64,000 nt of DNA from Octopus vulgaris. Its lineage: Eukaryota. Shown here piece by piece: positions 40,810 to 53,490 of the stretch (position 1 is the first letter of the stretch; every line of letters begins with the position of its first letter). The DNA lies in NCBI GenBank assembly GCA_951406725.2, contig OX597816.1, positions 82,026,001 to 82,090,000 on the forward strand, written 5' to 3'. The notes below the pieces were generated by a model. That model did no database searches, was not told the origin of the DNA, and saw only the letters and a list, made by a program, of their open reading frames with translations. Made by a program: the position numbers and the translations under genes.

Positions 40810-41665
40810 CACATTTTTCTTTCTCTCTCTGATTCTTCAGCCAACACTATGACATTAGCTAGTACATTAAATAATTCTATTTTTAGAAGATTGACCATTA
40901 TATCTTATTATTCTTCCCTTCCTTTTTAAGGTTTATTACTCACTTTAGTAACCCTCTGTACGATTTTCTGTACCCATTCCTCCACCCTAGTGCCTTTCAA
41001 ACATATCACTCCACCTCCCACTCCTCCCACATATTCCTTCCTTAAATTCTTATCTCTTCCTATCCCTCTCCTACTCTTCTTTCACCCCCACCTCATAATA
41101 CCTTGACCACCATCTAACACTCCCTTTTCATTTTCTATTCCTCTTTCTTTCGTGCTTCTTTCCTCACCTATTCCTTTTGACTATTCTCATTTTATCATAC
41201 ATATATATTCTCTTCTCTCCATCTACTGAATGCTACCACTACGTTCTCAAAATTTCATTCACACCACAACTTCCTTTGAATGAACAGCACATGGAATCTG
41301 CGTCTTCACAGGTTCCATTAGTAATAACAAAATATGAACTCCTGTCGGAATTTACATACCACAGAAGCATTTCAACCATTTCTACACACCAGTTTCCTTG
41401 GATAATGGTACTGCAACTATTACATCTAGCATATATTTTAAATTTTACTTTCGTTCTCTTATTTCCCTTTATACTTCTTATTTCCATCCTTTTCTAAAGT
41501 AACTCTTTATACTGAACTCTACTGTTTCCCTCTATTTAAATCATCTCACGTCGTCTCTGATGAAGAGATATCCCTACTATCCCAGTAACAGCTGTAAGAC
41601 AAACGTTCTCTTTATAAATCTTCTGAAAATTCCACACAGCCTTGGCTTTGTTTCTCATTGCATTA
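40810..41665 (+). mobile_element. PLE-LTR-like non-coding element, same family as 14215-15060
   Basis: Reverse-complement similarity, for example tttccctctatttaa..tctcac..gtctctgatgaag..cagctgtaagac..aaaattccacacagccttgg. Confidence 0.7.
41553..41600 (+). ncRNA. Minimal hammerhead, GAAA mutated to GTAA (probably inactive)
   Basis: gtct CTGATGA agagatatccctactatccca GTAA CAGCTG TA agac. Confidence 0.7.
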
Positions 41666-41716
41666 TATATATATATATATACATATGTGTGTGTGTGTGT
41701 GTTGTGTGTGTGTATG

Positions 41717-41779
<63 letters not shown>

Positions 41780-41780
41780 T

Positions 41781-41829
<49 letters not shown>

Positions 41830-41887
41830 GTGTGAGCAATCATCTGAAAGTTTTTTGTGCATTTTGATGTTGACATAAGTTCCTTGC

Positions 41888-41970
41888 TTTTCCTGACGAG
41901 AAAGCGGCATAATGTACTCCTTATTCCTTCGCAATTAGGAATATGCAGCCTTCGAAACATATGTCGAAAA
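41888..41970 (+). ncRNA. Hammerhead motif, intact core, host sense strand
   Basis: ttttc CTGACGA gaaagcggcata...tatgcagccttc GAAA CATATG TC gaaaa; inside a ~190-bp module flanked by (TA)n. Confidence 0.85.
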
Positions 41971-42014
41971 TAAAGGAATTTTGTTAATTTGTCGTTCAGC
42001 TCCATTCTTTCATA

Positions 42015-42100
<86 letters not shown>

Positions 42101-42101
42101 A

Positions 42102-42155
<54 letters not shown>

Positions 42156-42438
42156 ATATATATATATATACATGCATACACACACGCACGCACACACACA
42201 CACACACACACACACATGTATCATGTGGCAATATTCTCAACCGAAACGTTACAACTGTATCTGATTATTCAAGTATTTCAATACTGTGTATGTGCAAATA
42301 TTTACTATATTATTGATATTTATCAATGGTTTCCCCCATTGTGTTGATGCGCCATTTTCTATAATTAATAAAATTGTCAGCAATTTTGATGACTCAGGTA
42401 TACTAGTAATAATTATAATTTGTCTTTCTCTTATTCAG

Positions 42439-42561
42439 ATGTTGATGAATGCGCCACAGGTGGACATAACTGCCCTCAAATATCAACGTGTATTAATACA
42501 GGGGGATCGTATCTCTGTAAATGTTTCTCAGGTTACGAAGATGTCGCGGGTAACTGCATAG
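42439..42561 (+). CDS. Exon 7: calcium-binding EGF domain
   Basis: ttattcag|[41 protein letters not shown]|gtgagt; translated by hand, not in the ORF track in this frame; phase 1-1. Confidence 0.93.
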   Translation: MLMNAPQVDITALKYQRVLIQGDRISVNVSQVTKMSRVTA

Positions 42562-43343
42562 GTGAGTAAAAGAATATTTTAAAAATTCAACTACTCATAT
42601 AAAATAAGTACAAACGCACCCACAAAACAGTCGCACATGCACGCAACAGCATGAGTATTTTGAATACATCAGTAGTCAACAAAGAAGCCTCTGAGTAGTT
42701 GTTGGACCTACAAGAAACAGCAGCTAATCCTGCCTCAGGCCTCAGTCTATTGTTTTGGAAAGAATGGGCTGTATTGAATAACGTAGCCTTGCATGCTCAT
42801 TGCTAGGAAAATAAGATGTTCGTGGTAAAGATTGTTAACCTCTTTTGGTCAATGAGGATTGACCTCGGGTTAAGCTGCAGCCATAGCAACAACAGCAGCC
42901 GTTCAAGAATTTGGACCTGGAGATCTCCATTTCCAGCGACTTTGAGGACCACCTCCCAGTGGTGTCGGGCGTCAACGAAGAGCCCTCGACTGCAACAAGA
43001 CGACCAGAGTTGTTTTTTTCCCAAGGTCTGGGGTCTCCTGGCCCTAAGCCCTAGACCACCACCTAATTACCCCTACCCGTCTTGTTGCTTAACAACAACA
43101 ACAGCAGCAGCAGCAACAGCAAATGCAGCATCAGCAGCAAAAACGACTACAACAAAAACAGTTCTATTGATTGTTCGATATCAATTCTTTTCTCCTTAGA
43201 ATTCTAGACCGAACCAGAGCTCTAGCAATTATGTGAACGATAAACGGTCACTGGAAAATATCATTCCAGCTGCCTCGACGCAAAGCCACGTATAATAGGT
43301 GTAAGGAAATTTCTTATAACGGTGTTTTTGTTCTATTTTCTAG

Positions 43344-43463
43344 ATATTGACGAGTGTCAGGAAAATATTTGTCCACTTCACTCTGATTGTATCAATACAG
43401 AAGGCTCATACAGTTGTCAATGCAAACTTGGTTACTATGAAATCAGAGAAAATAGATGCTCAG
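43344..43463 (+). CDS. Exon 8: calcium-binding EGF domain
   Basis: ttttctag|DIDECQENICPLHSDCINTEGSYSCQCKLGYYEIRENRCS|gtaatg; phase 1-1. Confidence 0.93.
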
Positions 43464-43914
43464 GTAATGGTTATTCCTTTACAATATTCTACCACCTCTT
43501 CGATCCCTGTCCGTCTCATTTTTTTAAATTTGTTTTTTCTTCCTTTCTTTACTCATTTCATTCACTTTTTTCTTACTAATTTCTTGTTTCTTTTTTTCTT
43601 AATCCCTGAATCGCATCATAGATTATTAAATTAATTTTAATTAAGAGCAATTTCTAGCTGTGCAGCAGAACATTTTGGCTTTAATCAACGATAGAAATAA
43701 TGTCTTTTGATTAATTGATTTATATGTTCTACTTGCATAATTTTTTTTTTTTTTTTGACAGTTATCAGATTTTCACTACTATAGGATAATGTCTGTGTAT
43801 TGACAAATATATAAACAGTTTGAAGGAAAATCCATAGTTTAATCTTGGCAAAGCTGATAATGCCTAACTCAGTCAAAATTGGAATCTTACAGCTGCTTTA
43901 GAACCAAGTTAAAG

Positions 43915-43950
<36 letters not shown>

Positions 43951-43969
43951 AACCTTATGGTGAATAAAG

Positions 43970-44016
<47 letters not shown>

Positions 44017-44084
44017 CTCACTTTCTCTTTCAATGTGTATGAGCATGCGTGCGTGTGTGCGCGCGTGCTTGTGTCTGTGTGTTT

Positions 44085-44440
44085 CTACGCCCTGAACAGC
44101 AGGTGCCTTTATAGCAAGTCTTTGTTGATTTAACAAAAGTTTTTGATACAGTTAACAGAGATGCAGTGTGGACAATACTCGAAAAAGTCGGGTGTCTCCA
44201 CCCCACAATTTGTCAGTATGTTTAAGCGGTTGTACCAAGACCTAAAGACTAGAGTCACCTTTAATGAAAAATTGTCTAACGAAGATCCGATTGATAATGG
44301 AGTAAAGCAAGGCGATATTCCTACTCCCACATTCTATTCGATATTCTTTGCTGTTCTACTTATGCATGCATTCCCGACTGTGCTAAAGCTGTCTTCTTGA
44401 AGTTTAGAACTACAGGAAGAGTCTTCGACTTGAGATGGAT
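44085..44440 (+). mobile_element. RTE-clade RT fragment
   Basis: KVFDTVNR and DNGVKQGDIPTPTFYSIFF motifs across frameshifts. Confidence 0.75.
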
Positions 44441-44615
44441 CAACTTCAATTCATGTTTTGATCTAGTCAGTCTCATACTACTCTGGAAGTTTACCTGCGC
44501 ATTCACAGGGTCATCAAACATGCCATAACTGGAGATCTTTGAGGGAGATTGTGCATATATACAGAATTCCTGTCATAGGATGTGGTGGGGAAATAAAAAT
44601 AAAAATAAAATAATA

Positions 44616-44699
<84 letters not shown>

Positions 44700-45075
44700 C
44701 ATACACATACATATACATATATGCTGTATATAAATATGTAAATGTATGTGTTTGCCTGTATGCATGAAGAGTACACTGATGAGTATAATGTATTAGTTTC
44801 TCCTTCATTACTGAGCAGTTTTACCGTTGGATAATATTCAAATTGTATGCGTTGGACTATCATTTTATTCACGCTCTCATTTAAAGAAAAAAATGGCGGT
44901 ATCGTGTATAGTGCGCGTAGAAATCAACAAGGGAGGTAACTCCTGAGCCTTTATTATATGGTAGCTTTCTTTGTATGTGATGTATATTTGATGTATGTAT
45001 GTATGTATGTATGTATGTATGTATGTATGTATGTATGTATGTATGTATGTATGTATATATATATATATATATATA

Positions 45076-46337
45076 CTAGCTGAAGGTGACCCGCTCTACG
45101 CGCGGGTAAGAATGTGGTTGTTACTTTCTGTTGCTTCTTTTCAGCATGTAAAAAAAAAAATGTGGCCGATTGCAGCGCCGCCTTGACTGGCTTTTGTGCT
45201 GGTGGCACGTAAAAAGCACCAACCGATCGTTGCCGCTGCCAGCCCCTCTGGCACCTGTGCCGGCGGCACGAAAAAAGCACCCACTACACTCACAGAGTGG
45301 TTGGCTTTAGGAAGGTCATCCACCTGTAGAAACACTGCCAGATCAGACTGGAGCCTGGTGCAGCCTCCTGGCTTCCCAGACCCCGGTCGAACTGTCCAAC
45401 CCGTGCTAGCACGGAAAACGGACGTTAAACGATGATGATGATGATGATTCTCCCTCTTTGTTTCTCTCTCCTTTCTCTCTCACTTTCCCACTCTCTTACT
45501 TTTCTTTTTTCTCGGACTCTCCCTCGCTTTCTCTTACTCTCTATCTTTATCTATCTCTCTCCCATTTATAAACAACAAAAGATCTTGAGTAAGTTGAGAA
45601 ATAAAATATTTAGAAAGATCAATCAGAAATATCAGGCAGTGGCAACGGAAAGGTCTGCTTCAAGACAGACAGCAAAACGCTAACATTTAAAAGGGACAGA
45701 CGAACTTGCGAGCTCAATAAAAATAATAAAATATTGGAAAGCAAAGTTTGAAGGGATAGAATCTGAGGATAGTAGAGTCACCATGGCTGACATTTCTTAA
45801 CGACGGACAGCAACGTATTGACAGTTTAACGGCTGGCGTAAAATTTTGAACTTGATGTAAAAGAAAATTCATAAACACCAAGTTTTGAAGTGATTCTTTC
45901 TCACGACAGTTGACTCACCATAGCAAGCATTCAAAACTTCTTCATCATGGACGGCAACACATTGACGATTAAAAGGCTGGCGCAAATTTTTTAGGTTGAT
46001 GTAACAGAGAATTCCTAAACACTCGCTCCTTTAAATTTTAATCCCCTTCCAGCCCCATTTAGACCCCTTTTCACATTTTGGTTAATATAACCCGGTTTCA
46101 TTCGGGTCTACTGGGGCCACATTTTATAAGATGAAGAATTTTGTCCTAGAGGTCACGCCTTTCATTTGAGGAAAAAAATAGTTGTCATGCAAACTTGCCA
46201 GCACTTTTAACATAGGTGTGCATATTTTCAGCTGAACCGACCGACCACATAATGCACGCATTATATATATATATATATGTGTGTGTGTATATATATGTGT
46301 GTGTGTGTGTGCACGCATTATATATACAAATGTATAC

Positions 46338-46389
<52 letters not shown>

Positions 46390-46668
46390 TATGTATAAAT
46401 TAAATTAGAGATAAAATCACTAATAGGCAAATCAACAGTGAAAAACCAAAAACAAAAACATAAAAATAAAAATATAATATAGAAAATATAGAAAATATAA
46501 AATTGAAAAATGTAAATTATTTAATTTAAAAAAAAAAATTAAATTATATTTATAATTTGTTTAAAAATATATATAACTATCAAAAAGTATTAAAAAGTTT
46601 AATATACATAAATACAGATATATATACACTTTGTATATATACATTATATATACGTATTTATATATAGA

Positions 46669-46699
<31 letters not shown>

Positions 46700-46974
46700 A
46701 ACAAACGCATTGATGTAACAGAGAATTGCTAAACACCAGCTCCTTTAAATTTTAATCCCCTTCCAGCCCCATTTAGACCCGTTTTCACATTTTGGTTAAT
46801 ATAACCCGATTTCATTCGGGTGTACTGGGGCCACATTTTATAAGATGAGGAATTTTGTCCTAGAAGTAACGCGTTTCATTTGAGGAAAAAAAATAGTTGT
46901 CATGCAAACTTGCCAGCACTTTTAACATAGGTGTGCATATTTTCAGCTGAACCGACCGACCACATAATGCACAC

Positions 46975-47067
<93 letters not shown>

Positions 47068-48357
47068 TTTAAGGGGATCAATAGTTTAATTAAAGATGTG
47101 TCTATACATGTATATATATATACAAAAGTATTAAGGAAAGACCCTTACAGGTCGTTCAACTCACTTGAAAAGAGCAGCCAAACTCAAAACCGCAAAAATA
47201 GTAGTAATTCTGAAAGCTAAAGGAGAAATAAAAACATTTATTCAGCTTTCAGAATTACTACTATTTTTGCGGTTTTGAGTTTGACTGCTCTTTTCAAGTG
47301 AGTTGAACGACCTGTAAGGGTCTTTCCTTAATACTTTTGTTTGAATATATTATATAGTCTGTGACTATTTCTATTTTCTCACTTGGCCGCTGGTTGCAGA
47401 AAATTTTTCTTGAATTTTTTTGCTACCCTATATTGATAAATGTATATATATATATATATATACATATGTATATATTGGCCTGCTCGCTTAGCCAGCGGGG
47501 TGGCATCATTCAAAGGCTAAAACAATGCAAAACGCATTGTGACCAGCGATGTGTAACAACATCTGATGGTCTGGTCGGTCACGTGATCACGTGATATGTA
47601 TATATACATGTGTATACATATATTTATACATGTGTATATATACATGTGTATACATATATATATATACATGTGTAATGTATACACATGTATATTTCTAAGG
47701 TAGCCCACGGGCATCGTCACCTCATTTTACATGTCCCTGTAAATTTTAAAAATATAATATAGAAAATATATAAAATTGAAAAATTTAAATTATTTAAATT
47801 TAAAATAAAAATTATTAAATTATATTTATAATTTGTTTAAAAATATATATAACTATCAAAAAGTATTAAAAAGTTTAATATACATAAATACAGATATATA
47901 CACTTTGTATATATACATTATATATACATATTTATATATCGAACACACACACACACATATATATAAATGAACGCAATTCATAATATTTGTTCTCATGATT
48001 GTGTGTTGTTTGTGGCAATGATAATTCTCCCTATGAATGCAGACAGATACATCAAAGAACGCCGTCTGACGAACTTATAAAGTGAAAGGGAGTTGATGGG
48101 AATACATTAAATAACGGTAGTGGAATTGTGAAAGTCATAAGTGAAGGGAAGTGAGAGGGTAATGGAGGAAGTAGCGTGAGTGAGGAAGATGGCCCCTAGC
48201 GACCACACCTTTTAAGATAGGGATTTCTAAGGTAGCCCACGGGCATCGTCACCTCATTCTACATGCCCCTGTAAATTTTGGAGCGAATCGGACGGGACGT
48301 AGTGGCATTGAAAGCGAGCCAAACGGTAAAAACGCATTTCACTTTTATATATAGAGA
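45076..48357 (-). mobile_element. Non-autonomous Helitron-like composite, copy 1
   Basis: RC 5' TCTCTATATATAAAA; 3' hairpin cccgcgcgtagagcggg followed by CTAG; carries a SINE-like tail and internal duplications. Confidence 0.75.
47122..47340. repeat. About 97-bp inverted repeat adjacent to (TA)n
   Basis: 47122-47218 versus 47244-47340, near-perfect reverse complements. Confidence 0.93.
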
Positions 48358-48768
48358 TAATTTTACCCTCACGGGCTATCCTTTACTGGAAAGCAATACT
48401 CTCGTATTGCATTACTATTTTCATTGAAACTTCTTCACTGTTCTCGTTCTGTTAACGTTTTGGCGTTCAAACGAGTGTGCTGGCATAGATGTGGCAACAT
48501 TTGAAATATTGTTGGCTGATGAGGATAAATCAAATATACGTTGGCAGACGTATTTTGAAGAATCTGAAACCGGTACCACATTATCCGTTTCTAGGTATTT
48601 CATTTTTCAGATGTTCTTCCTAGAGGTAAGACAAAATTTTTTCCTGTTTGTTGCACACACGCATCTTTGCTAATACATACGCAGTGAAGCTATACATTAG
48701 CGTCGTATTTATTACGTTCGCTATTTTCCAGTAAATATCGGTGCTTCGTTGTGCCATTTATTTACTTT

Positions 48769-48837
<69 letters not shown>

Positions 48838-48839
<2 letters not shown>

Positions 48840-48992
48840 GGAACTTTTCAAAATTTTCGCTGCGTTAGTTTTGAATTATGACATTGGGCTATGTGTGTCA
48901 AGTTTCATCAGAATCGGTTGAAAGCCGTGGTCAGGGTGAGGGTACAAGCAAACAGACACACAGAAACACGACAGACAAACTGCCGTTTATAT

Positions 48993-48997
<5 letters not shown>
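48838..48997 (-). mobile_element. 5' fragment of the 49853 Helitron family
   Basis: Reverse complement of about 49855-50015. Confidence 0.8.
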
Positions 48998-49039
<42 letters not shown>

Positions 49040-49197
49040 TAATTGCCAACCAAGCGTGGTATCCTATGCAGGACAGTGCTACTGACGTTTATAGCCCCAG
49101 GAAGACATCTCCTCTAACTAGCTAACGACACACATTCTGTGTCCGATTAGTATTTGCGATGGGAGGTCATCGCTCCCATCTCTAGCTTTACGTGATA

Positions 49198-49242
49198 CAC
49201 ACGGACTCGAGTTTCTGGGTGGTTACCCGTCCTCAGCGTGTA
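49198..49242 (-). ncRNA. Minimal hammerhead, intact core
   Basis: RC: tacacg CTGAGGA c gggt aacc accc a GAAA CTCGAG TC cgtgtg. Confidence 0.85.
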
Positions 49243-49821
49243 TTTTCATCCCTGGCTTTCTTCACTGGCTTGTTGTGAAAGTTCTAAGCTCTCAGATGAA
49301 TTATAACTTGAAAAAGATAGCTACTTAGTAATATAAAAATCAAGAATAAACTAAAAATGTTTTAAACTAAATCATAAATAATAGAAAAAGCAACAGAAAC
49401 TAAGATTCTCTTGTGATATACTGGAAATAATAGTTAAAATATTTTAGGAAGGGAGATATGGAAAAGCGATTACTCAACAGGATTAATGAGATGCCAGGAC
49501 TTCAACAATATAGTTTATATTTCTGTAATACATCTATATGGTACATAAAATAGTCTTCACACTGCATTGTTCTATGGCTTGATTTTCTTTCTAATTCTCC
49601 ATTTAAACGTACAACCCTTTTTTTGCTCACTTTGAGCCACCAAATATAATCCAATAAAATTGTAGATGTTTTTACTTTTTCTTTCCAATCGAGGCAGTGG
49701 AGTTAACATAACAGTTTCTGAATATTTCTTCAGTCATTTCCATTGTTTCGTTGTTGTTTCAGGGTCTAACTTCTTCCTATACCATTGCTTTGGAGTTCTT
49801 GTGCGGTTAAGTGGGCACGTG

Positions 49822-49852
<31 letters not shown>

Positions 49853-49857
<5 letters not shown>

Positions 49858-50239
49858 CTATATATAAACGGCAGTTTGTCTGTGCGTGTTTCTGTGTGTC
49901 TGTTTTCTCGTACCCTCACCCTGACCACGGCTTTCAACCGATTCTGATGAAACTTGACACACACATAGCCCAATGTCATAATTCAAAACTAACGCAGCGA
50001 AAATTTTGAAAAGTTAACCCCAGTTCTGAAAAAATCGATAAATTCGACATGGGGTCGAGAATAAAAAAAACACAAACCACAGACTGTCTAGGGACGCAAC
50101 TCAACCTTTTTTTACTCTCAAAAAAAAATTTACCATAATTTTTTTTCCATTTTTTTGCTATTTTTTGGCTATAACTCTCTAAAAATGCTTTATAGTTATT
50201 TCCCTTACAAACCTGAGCAACGCCGGGCGATACTGCTAG
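49853..50239 (+). mobile_element. Non-autonomous Helitron
   Basis: TCTCTCTATATATAAA start; cctgagcaacgccggg hairpin then CTAG; A|T target in (TA)n. Confidence 0.85.
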
Positions 50240-50333
<94 letters not shown>

Positions 50334-50359
50334 CATATTTATATATGTGTGTGTGTTGG

Positions 50360-50590
50360 TTATCTACTTTTCATGCAGAGTCTGACCACGTCTTGTACTT
50401 ACACCTCAGATCCATCATGGCGTCTGATGTGGGTTTTTAAACCAGACATTTTATTGAAAAGACACCCACATAGAGTGCATATCTGATTTGGACCACCAAG
50501 AGCTGCAGTTAAGTTCTGATCTTTGTGGATCTTAAGATGTCTTTGAGGCCTCCGTTAGATTTGCAGACATGGCATTGAAAGGTGTGCACA
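50360..50590 (-). mobile_element. 3' end fragment of the RTE family seen at 18405
   Basis: Close match to 18410-18640. Confidence 0.8.
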
Positions 50591-50713
50591 AAATCATATG
50601 AGTATGTGTGTGTGTACGTATGTATATATACACGCACATGTGTATGTATATATATGTATATATATAAGCATACATGTATATATGTACGCATATACGCATA
50701 TATACCTACGGAA

Positions 50714-50767
<54 letters not shown>

Positions 50768-51244
50768 ACACACACCACACACACACACACACACACAATC
50801 ATATATGCATACATATACAAGCGGTGCATTGCAGACGTTTTGAGACTTTTTTAAGAGAGGAAGTTACAACTTTCCTAGATTACTCTAATTTTAGTATAAC
50901 ATTACTATGCATCTAACAAGGTTGACCTGCCAACATTTTTTAATTCTAAACAGGAAATGGCTGTAATAGCACTTTGCACATACCCTACTAAAGACTGCCT
51001 GTTACAACTAACTTGCAGAATGCACTCAGGACATGAAAACAGTTTGGAAGCTTGCTATGCAATAAAATTTTCTGTTATACTGGGCAAAACACTACATGAG
51101 CCGAGCATCCGTTTTCCGCTGGCAAAAGAGATTCAAGGACGGTAGAGAGAAGGTGAGAGACGATGAACGCTGTGAGTGGTAGTGGAACGTTAGAATATCA
51201 GAGCTGGTTGAGAACATTTGCAATTTTCTAGATGAAGACTATTC

Positions 51245-51460
51245 TTCTTTTTTCTTCTTTTTACTTGTTTCAGTCATTTGACTGCGGCTATGCTGGAGCA
51301 CCGCCTTTAGTCGAACAAATCGACCCCCAGGACTTATTCTTTGTTAGCCTAGTACTTATTCTATCGGTCTCTTTTGCCGAACCGCTAAGTTACGGCAACG
51401 TAAACACACCAGCATCGGTTGTCAAGCGATGCTGGGGGACAAACACAGACACACAAACAT

Positions 51461-51523
<63 letters not shown>

Positions 51524-51687
51524 TACGACGGGCTTCTTTCAGTTTCTGTCTACCAAATCGACTCACAAGGCTTTGGTCGTCCCGAGGCTATAGTAGAAGA
51601 CACTTGCCCAAGGTGCAACGCAGTGGGACTCAACCCAGAACCATGTGGTTGGTAAGCAAGCTACTTACCACACAGCCACTCCTGCGT
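51245..51687 (-). mobile_element. Full-length SINE family B with internal microsatellite
   Basis: tRNA-like head (gtggctgtgtggtaag..ggttgagtccc), internal (TA)/(TG) tract, tail ..gactgaaacaagtaaaaag. Confidence 0.85.
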
Positions 51688-51841
51688 ATCTATAAAGACA
51701 ATAAGCATACAGTTTCATGTTGGTTTAGCAAATGTACACTGAATTTTCATGAAGATTTGAATAGTTTTTTTTCCCAGAGTGTTCAGTGACGAACGGAAGG
51801 AAAGACGCGTTGGTGACAGCAGGGAGATGCTTCACCTCATA

Positions 51842-52072
51842 GGCGGCGAGCTAGCAGAATCGTTAGCGCGCCGGGTGAAATGCGTAGCCGTATTTCGTCT
51901 GCCGTTACATTCTGAGTTCAAATTCCGCCGAGGTCGACTTTGCCTTTCATCCTTTCTGGGTCGATAAATTAAGTACCAGTTACGCACTGGGGTCGATGTA
52001 ATCGACTTAATCCGTTTGTCTGTCCTCGTTTGTCCCCTCTGTGTTTAGCCCCTTGTGGGTAGTAAAGAAATA
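51842..52072 (+). mobile_element. Full-length SINE family A
   Basis: ggcggcgagctagcagaatcgttagc...gagttcaaattcc...tagccccttgtgggtagtaaagaaata. Confidence 0.88.
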
Positions 52073-53154
52073 TATCTTCAACCCAAAACTATTTGAGTCT
52101 CTCGAGACCTGTTATGGATCTACTTTTATGATGCAGAGTCAAGAGACAGAGTGCCCAATAGAAGCATCCTGGCCACCCCATGGCCAAGAAGGCCAGGCAA
52201 AACAAGTCCACCGTAAAACTCATGATGAACTTCTTTTCGATTGCAAGGGCGTTATCAACATCCACTGAATTCCTTCTGGCCACACAGTCAAGAAAGTGTA
52301 CTTTGTAGGGGCTTAGCAGCAGTTCAGGAAGAGTTTTCTCGCAAAAAACTAAAGGTCTTCCAATAGGGTCAATGACATTGCCCTAGTTTATATTTCCATC
52401 CTGGTAGCCAACTACTTAACAGATGTGCATTAAAACTGCCTCTCGTCCACCCAACAATCCTTACTCCCAGTGGCATCTAGTTCTTTCCCAAGCTGAAGAA
52501 CCCCAGGAGTAGTCGTTTTGAAAACATTGAAGAAAATATAGTGAGTGTCCTGGATTCACATTAAAGGACTTTCATGCGGCCTTCTTCGAAATTAATAAAT
52601 GTCCCTCTTGAAAGTCTCGAAATTTCTGGAATGCACCTTGTATGTATGTGAGTGTATATATATACAGATACACACACACAAATACACTATATATATATAT
52701 GTATGCGTGTGTGTGTGTGCTTGTATGTATGTGTGTGTGTGTGTGTGTGTGTGTATAGAATTTGTTTCGAATTTGTGTGAATGTGCATAGAATAATATAT
52801 CAGTTGAATAAAATTAAAACATGGTCTGGTTTTCACGTTTTTTTTATTATAGTATTTTAACATTAAAAAAATATTTTGTAATGCTCATAAAGTTAAATTA
52901 GCACTTTCACACATAGTGTAATCATCAAATTTCAAATGCGTTTAACTGACAGTTGAGTTCTTGACAACTTTAGTACTTCTTAGAATGGTCCAACAAGTTG
53001 AATTTTTAGAATACCTTTTTGACCAATCCGCATGTATATTAAACATCACGTTTTGCCAGGCGAACCGATATTCTGTAATTTGTTTATATTCATATGCTAG
53101 AAATATATTTTAATCCACATCATTAACTGGTTGTTATATTATTGCTGTTATTTC

Positions 53155-53490
53155 AGTTCAGAACAGGTTTGAACATTTTAATAAATCGTTTTTCTTTTAT
53201 CTTTCTTCCAACCTCAATTGTGCCACGTAGTTTGTGGAAAGGAAAAATTAGAAACATTTTTTAACCACATGTCTCTATATGTTCACTCAATGGAATTTGG
53301 CGAACATTGGTGTTCCGGATTTGTTGTCTGTGGACTCGTGAGCGTTCTGATGATGCATTCCCAGTCTTACCTATATATAGTTCCTCGCAATTCGGGTATT
53401 TAATGCAGTAGATCAAATTTTTGCTATTGCAGTTCGCATCTGCTTTTGCGAAAATTATACTATTATTTCTCTTTCTCTTTTTATGCATTC
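53155..53490 (-). mobile_element. PLE GIY-YIG endonuclease fragment
   Basis: CNSKNLIYCIKYPNCEELYIGKTG...RVHRQQI...LSEHIETC. Confidence 0.8.

Larger units (their letters stand above)
50816..52642 (+). mobile_element. Decayed mariner interrupted by two SINEs
   Basis: WIYFYD..KRQSAQ..KKARQ.KS..LFDCKGVI motifs; degenerate TIRs tacaagcggtgcatt..gagacttt / aaagtctcg..aatgcaccttgta. Confidence 0.75.

Noticed and set aside
42991-43088. 11-bp inverted repeat enclosing GC-richer sequence as a structured RNA
   Set aside because: No recognisable ribozyme core and no second copy to test covariation
49940-49960. ttCTGATGAaac as a hammerhead core (also at about 48905)
   Set aside because: No stem II or GAAA geometry; part of the Helitron subterminal sequence
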